Of a DNA stretch of 64,000 bases, positions 60,553 through 64,000 are shown in pieces. Made by a program: the position numbers and the translations under genes. Below the pieces are notes generated by a model. It was not told where the DNA came from. It searched no databases and worked only from the letters and a program-made list of their open reading frames with translations. The stretch lies in assembly GCA_008632985.1 (NCBI GenBank), contig QPGO01000072.1, positions 124,001 through 188,000 of the forward strand, read 5' to 3'. Numbering within the stretch: the first letter of the stretch is position 1; each line of letters starts with the position of its first letter. The DNA comes from Psammoneis japonica. Its lineage: Eukaryota.

Positions 60553-61965
60553 GATAGACGGTGAAAAAGAAACGCGCGACTGCATTCGAATCATTGTCTG
60601 AAAACGTGCTCCGCAATGCTAACGCCAGCCCGCGTGTTCCGTTTGCCGCTATACGGGTATAGCCGCCGTCCACGGACTGCAAACATCATTGGATGAACAA
60701 TGATTGTTACTTACAAGCGTGTCTCAATGCGTTTGATGTTCCTGAAATCGTTCTTGATGTAGAGTTTTCTGATCGTTTCTTTGTCTCTTTTTCTATTTTT
60801 ATGAGAAGGGTGGTTCGACACCAAGTATAACATCGGGTTGTTCTCGTTCTCCGGTGATATTTCAAGAGTCATGAATAGCTATATGTTTCCGGATACAATG
60901 TTCTTTCAATGTTCATGAAGGTGTGGCACAGGACTTGCAAGAACGCTTTGGCGGGAATGGCGTCTCGGATTTCTCTGGACCGGAAGATCTCTAGGTTTCC
61001 CGGATAGTTCAATTCATACAGAGTGAGTCATGTGTTTCCCGGATAATTAGTAGAAGACTGTTCTGTCAACATTCAGGAACGTTTCATCCCTGAGAATAAT
61101 GTTTTGGGAGAAGCGAAGCGCTTTAATGTCCACGAAGGTGCGGCACAGGACTTGCAAGAACGCTTTTGCGGGAATGGCGTCTCGGATTTCTCTGGACCGG
61201 AAGATCTCTAGGTTTCCCGGATAATCCAATTGATACAGAGTGAGACATAAGTTTCCCGGATAATTAGTAGAAGAATGGTCATTCAACATTCGCGAACTTT
61301 TCATCCCTGAGAATAATGTTTCGAGAGAAGCGAAGCGCTTTACTTTTTTGCGAAGCGAAGCCGTCTCTTTTGCGAAGCCGTCTGTCCTGCAGCCGCCGGG
61401 CCCTCCACATGTACCGGTATCATACAGTACTTCTGCTCTTTTTTTTTGCTTTTCTCTACTCTAAAAGCTTCAGATGGGCTTGATAGGCGTCAATGGCAAT
61501 GCATGATAGTGCAAACAGAGAGTAATAGAGGCTTTGTATGGCTTTGGGTTCACTTCAAGCAATTTGCAGTCGAAGTACATAACATGCGAACTACTGTACT
61601 CAGCACTTGCAGAACGCTCCTACTATAGTACGTTAGAACATCCTACCTTTAATCTGAGATATTACTTCTAACGGGATGATATTGTCTGGAATACAATATA
61701 ACTTCAGGTTCGACACGGTTGATAAGTCGATAGACGGTTAAAAAGAAGCGCGCGACTGCATTCGAATCATTGTCCCAACACGTGCTCCGCAATGCTAATC
61801 CCCAGCCCGCCTGTTCCGTTTGCCGATATAGCCATCATCCAAGGACTTCGAACATCATTGGGTGAACAATGAGTGTTACTTACAAGCGCGTCCCACTGCG
61901 TTTTAATGAAATCGTTCTTGATGTAGAGCTTTCTGATCGTTTCTTTGTCTCTTTTCTTTTTATGA
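60553..61965 (+). repeat. Compound repeat: ~240-bp direct repeats (60553-60803, 61729-61965) enclosing a 217-bp tandem duplication (60908-61124, 61125-61342)
   Basis: Direct visual alignment (cgcgcgactgcattcgaatcattgtc; ggcacaggacttgcaagaacgcttt). Confidence 0.88.
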
Positions 61966-62321
61966 CAACCCTCCGAGTCGGTGCCTTATAATCGCTCCGA
62001 AAGGATTAAATAGCTGAAAACCATAAAAAGTGTACTTAGTCTCGATTGGTTCCCTGTACTTACTTTAAACGAAATCTACAACTCGGCATACTCGCCACGA
62101 ACGATCGAAGGGGCTAGTAATCGCCGAAAACGATTGCCATACTCGATCGTATACCGGTACCAGGTATACCTAGACAAATCGTCAACGCTACGTAGTTTTC
62201 GCTTTTTGTAATACATGTGCTGTAATAATGTGTAGTAACAGAATAGGAAGGAGTAGCTGAGCGAGACGCCAAATACAACTATCAATTCGTCCGAGAGTCA
62301 AACTACAACTCGACAATGGCG

Positions 62322-62957
62322 TCATGAACAAAGCTGCTCCGAAAATGATGAGAGCCTTGAAAGGGCAGGATATATACCTTCCTTACACGTGTGATCAATC
62401 ATACCTCCTGGGAATTTCCTTCCTTGAAAGAAACACTGCAACTCTTCCACATCGATCTCAGCAGTTTCGTCATCAAAACACAAAGGCGGTAGCGTCACTT
62501 CCCAGTGGGATTGCTGAAGTACCCATCTTGATGCTTCAACCATTCCTTTCCAGTCAAAATCATGGGCAGAACTGAAGTGTGAAACAACTTGTAGAGAATT
62601 GAGAAGCGAAGCGTGCTCCAGCACATGAGGGTGTTTCTTGATGTCTCGAAACAGCTGTCCGACCTTTTCTCTTGCCTTCTCTGTTTCAACCAGTTCCCAT
62701 GTATCGTATTTTTTGCATGTGCACTTTAGGAATCTACCTCCAGATTCACTCACATGATCAACTATTTCTTGGTACAGCATGTTTCTCAACTTTCGACAGC
62801 TTGGAGGAATCTGCTGGTACTCAGGGAGAGCCAAGCCGACAGCAGTCCTCAGGCAGACGTTTCCGACATGCATCACACTATGGTTGTCTTTTCCAAAGAG
62901 AATGTCATGGTCACGAGGGTTTAGAGTTTCTTGAAAAGGATCTTCTTCATCCATCAT
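62322..62957 (-). CDS. DUF6824-like diatom protein
   Basis: DILFGK..HVGN..LR..IVDHV..GGRFLK..W..AREKVGQLFRD signature. Confidence 0.85.
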   Translation of the reverse strand: MMDEEDPFQETLNPRDHDILFGKDNHSVMHVGNVCLRTAVGLALPEYQQIPPSCRKLRNMLYQEIVDHVSESGGRFLKCTCKKYDTWELVETEKAREKVGQLFRDIKKHPHVLEHASLLNSLQVVSHFSSAHDFDWKGMVEASRWVLQQSHWEVTLPPLCFDDETAEIDVEELQCFFQGRKFPGGMIDHTCKEGIYPALSRLSSFSEQLCS

Positions 62958-63399
62958 TGCGCCTTCGCAAGTTAATCGTATGCAAAATATGAAAGAAGTA
63001 TTCTGCTTTCGCGCGGATATGAAGAGTTTTTGTGGCGGCGCTCGAAGAACGATAATTATTATGTCTTACTGAAAATTGTGCAATTAAGACATGATATTGA
63101 GACATTTTATACTTAAGGATAAATATGTTCCACGCCACATGAAGGATATCGTAACAATTAAGGGGGTCATCCCCGCGTTTGTCCAAAAATTTTTTACCGT
63201 GGCATTTGAATAAGGTTATTTAGACCTATTAGGGTCTATTTTTGAATACAAAAATTATTCTTTTTGTTCACACCCGAGCACCGCGATCGAAGCACGACGA
63301 TGACGACAATCGTCGACAGTTCTCAAAAACGTAGCTTGCAGTCTTCAAACTTTTCATGCACACAAGATCTTTGATGCACAAGGAACATAAAATAAATGA

Positions 63400-64000
63400 G
63401 AGTTTGAAGACGGACCACATCCGTCACAGACTTGTGGCTTGCTGTTTTCACCATGGTGAAGCGTGGTGAAATTCAGGAAAAATGATGCAAAAAATGAGCT
63501 GTTCGGCAGAATTCAAGCTAAAAAAGTGGCAACCGGCCACCCTTGAGACTCCTGATTGCCAGTGACTTCACCACTCAGAGTGCAGTGAGGGCACGCAATG
63601 CTTTGGGTGGTGGGCCACATCCTGCGCTCGGGGCCATCTTCGCTGTGCTGCGACAAAATGCTCATGACCCAAAACAGCTTTCTTTCTCTCACAGGGGAAT
63701 GAATCACAAAAAAATCACAAATGAAAGCTTTGGGACAAAAAATTGGCATCCCAGATTCCACTGGAATGTCTCTCCTGATTTTGGTGAAGAAGAAGCGGGG
63801 GGGGGGGCACAGTGACGCTCCCAGCTTTCAGGGGGCCCCCTCCTCACTGCAGCTCTGCTTGTGCAGCAGCGACCCTCTTTTTTGTGGCTGCTGCTGCACC
63901 TGGATGGCAGTGACTGCAACAAGATCTGTCTTGGAGTTGGCTGACAAAAAAAAGAAATCGTGAGCCAAGAAGAGCCCCAGGGAAAGCAGGCTTGCTTGCT
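63400..64000. other. TpA-depleted island 5 (runs off the window end)
   Basis: About 1 TA in 600 bp by eye; TG/CA-rich. Confidence 0.85.

Overview
Eukaryotic DNA, most likely a pennate diatom (short GT-AG introns, plastid 'AFAP'-type presequences, DUF6824 and helicase-associated-domain proteins, diatom Copia relic). About 20 ordinary genes (class IV aminotransferase, methylmalonate-semialdehyde dehydrogenase, PhoX, RNase Z, GH3, TPR, FtsH4/YME1, cytochrome b5-fused desaturase, DM13/DOMON/b561, PKD protein) are interrupted by six sharply bounded islands (~4.4-5.7, 7.6-8.85, 15.2-21.4, 22.1-22.5, 48.05-49.5, 63.4-64 kb) from which TpA is almost absent and CpG is depleted. Internal comparisons (an LTR pair, a dispersed repeat, Tyr->Cys/His changes in a Copia gag relic) indicate a repeat-targeted TpA->TpG/CpA hypermutation, opposite in direction to fungal RIP; this is the main candidate undescribed system. 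Other highlights: a 717-bp TRIM whose LTRs carry a tRNA-like Pol III unit, a divergent H4(-H3)-like histone-fold ORF inside an insertion flanked by a ~380-bp duplication, an intact Mutator-like transposase, and a cluster of acidic secreted proteins including an unannotated 3-exon 65-aa gene. All counts and alignments were done by eye; family assignments rest on recalled motifs, not searches.
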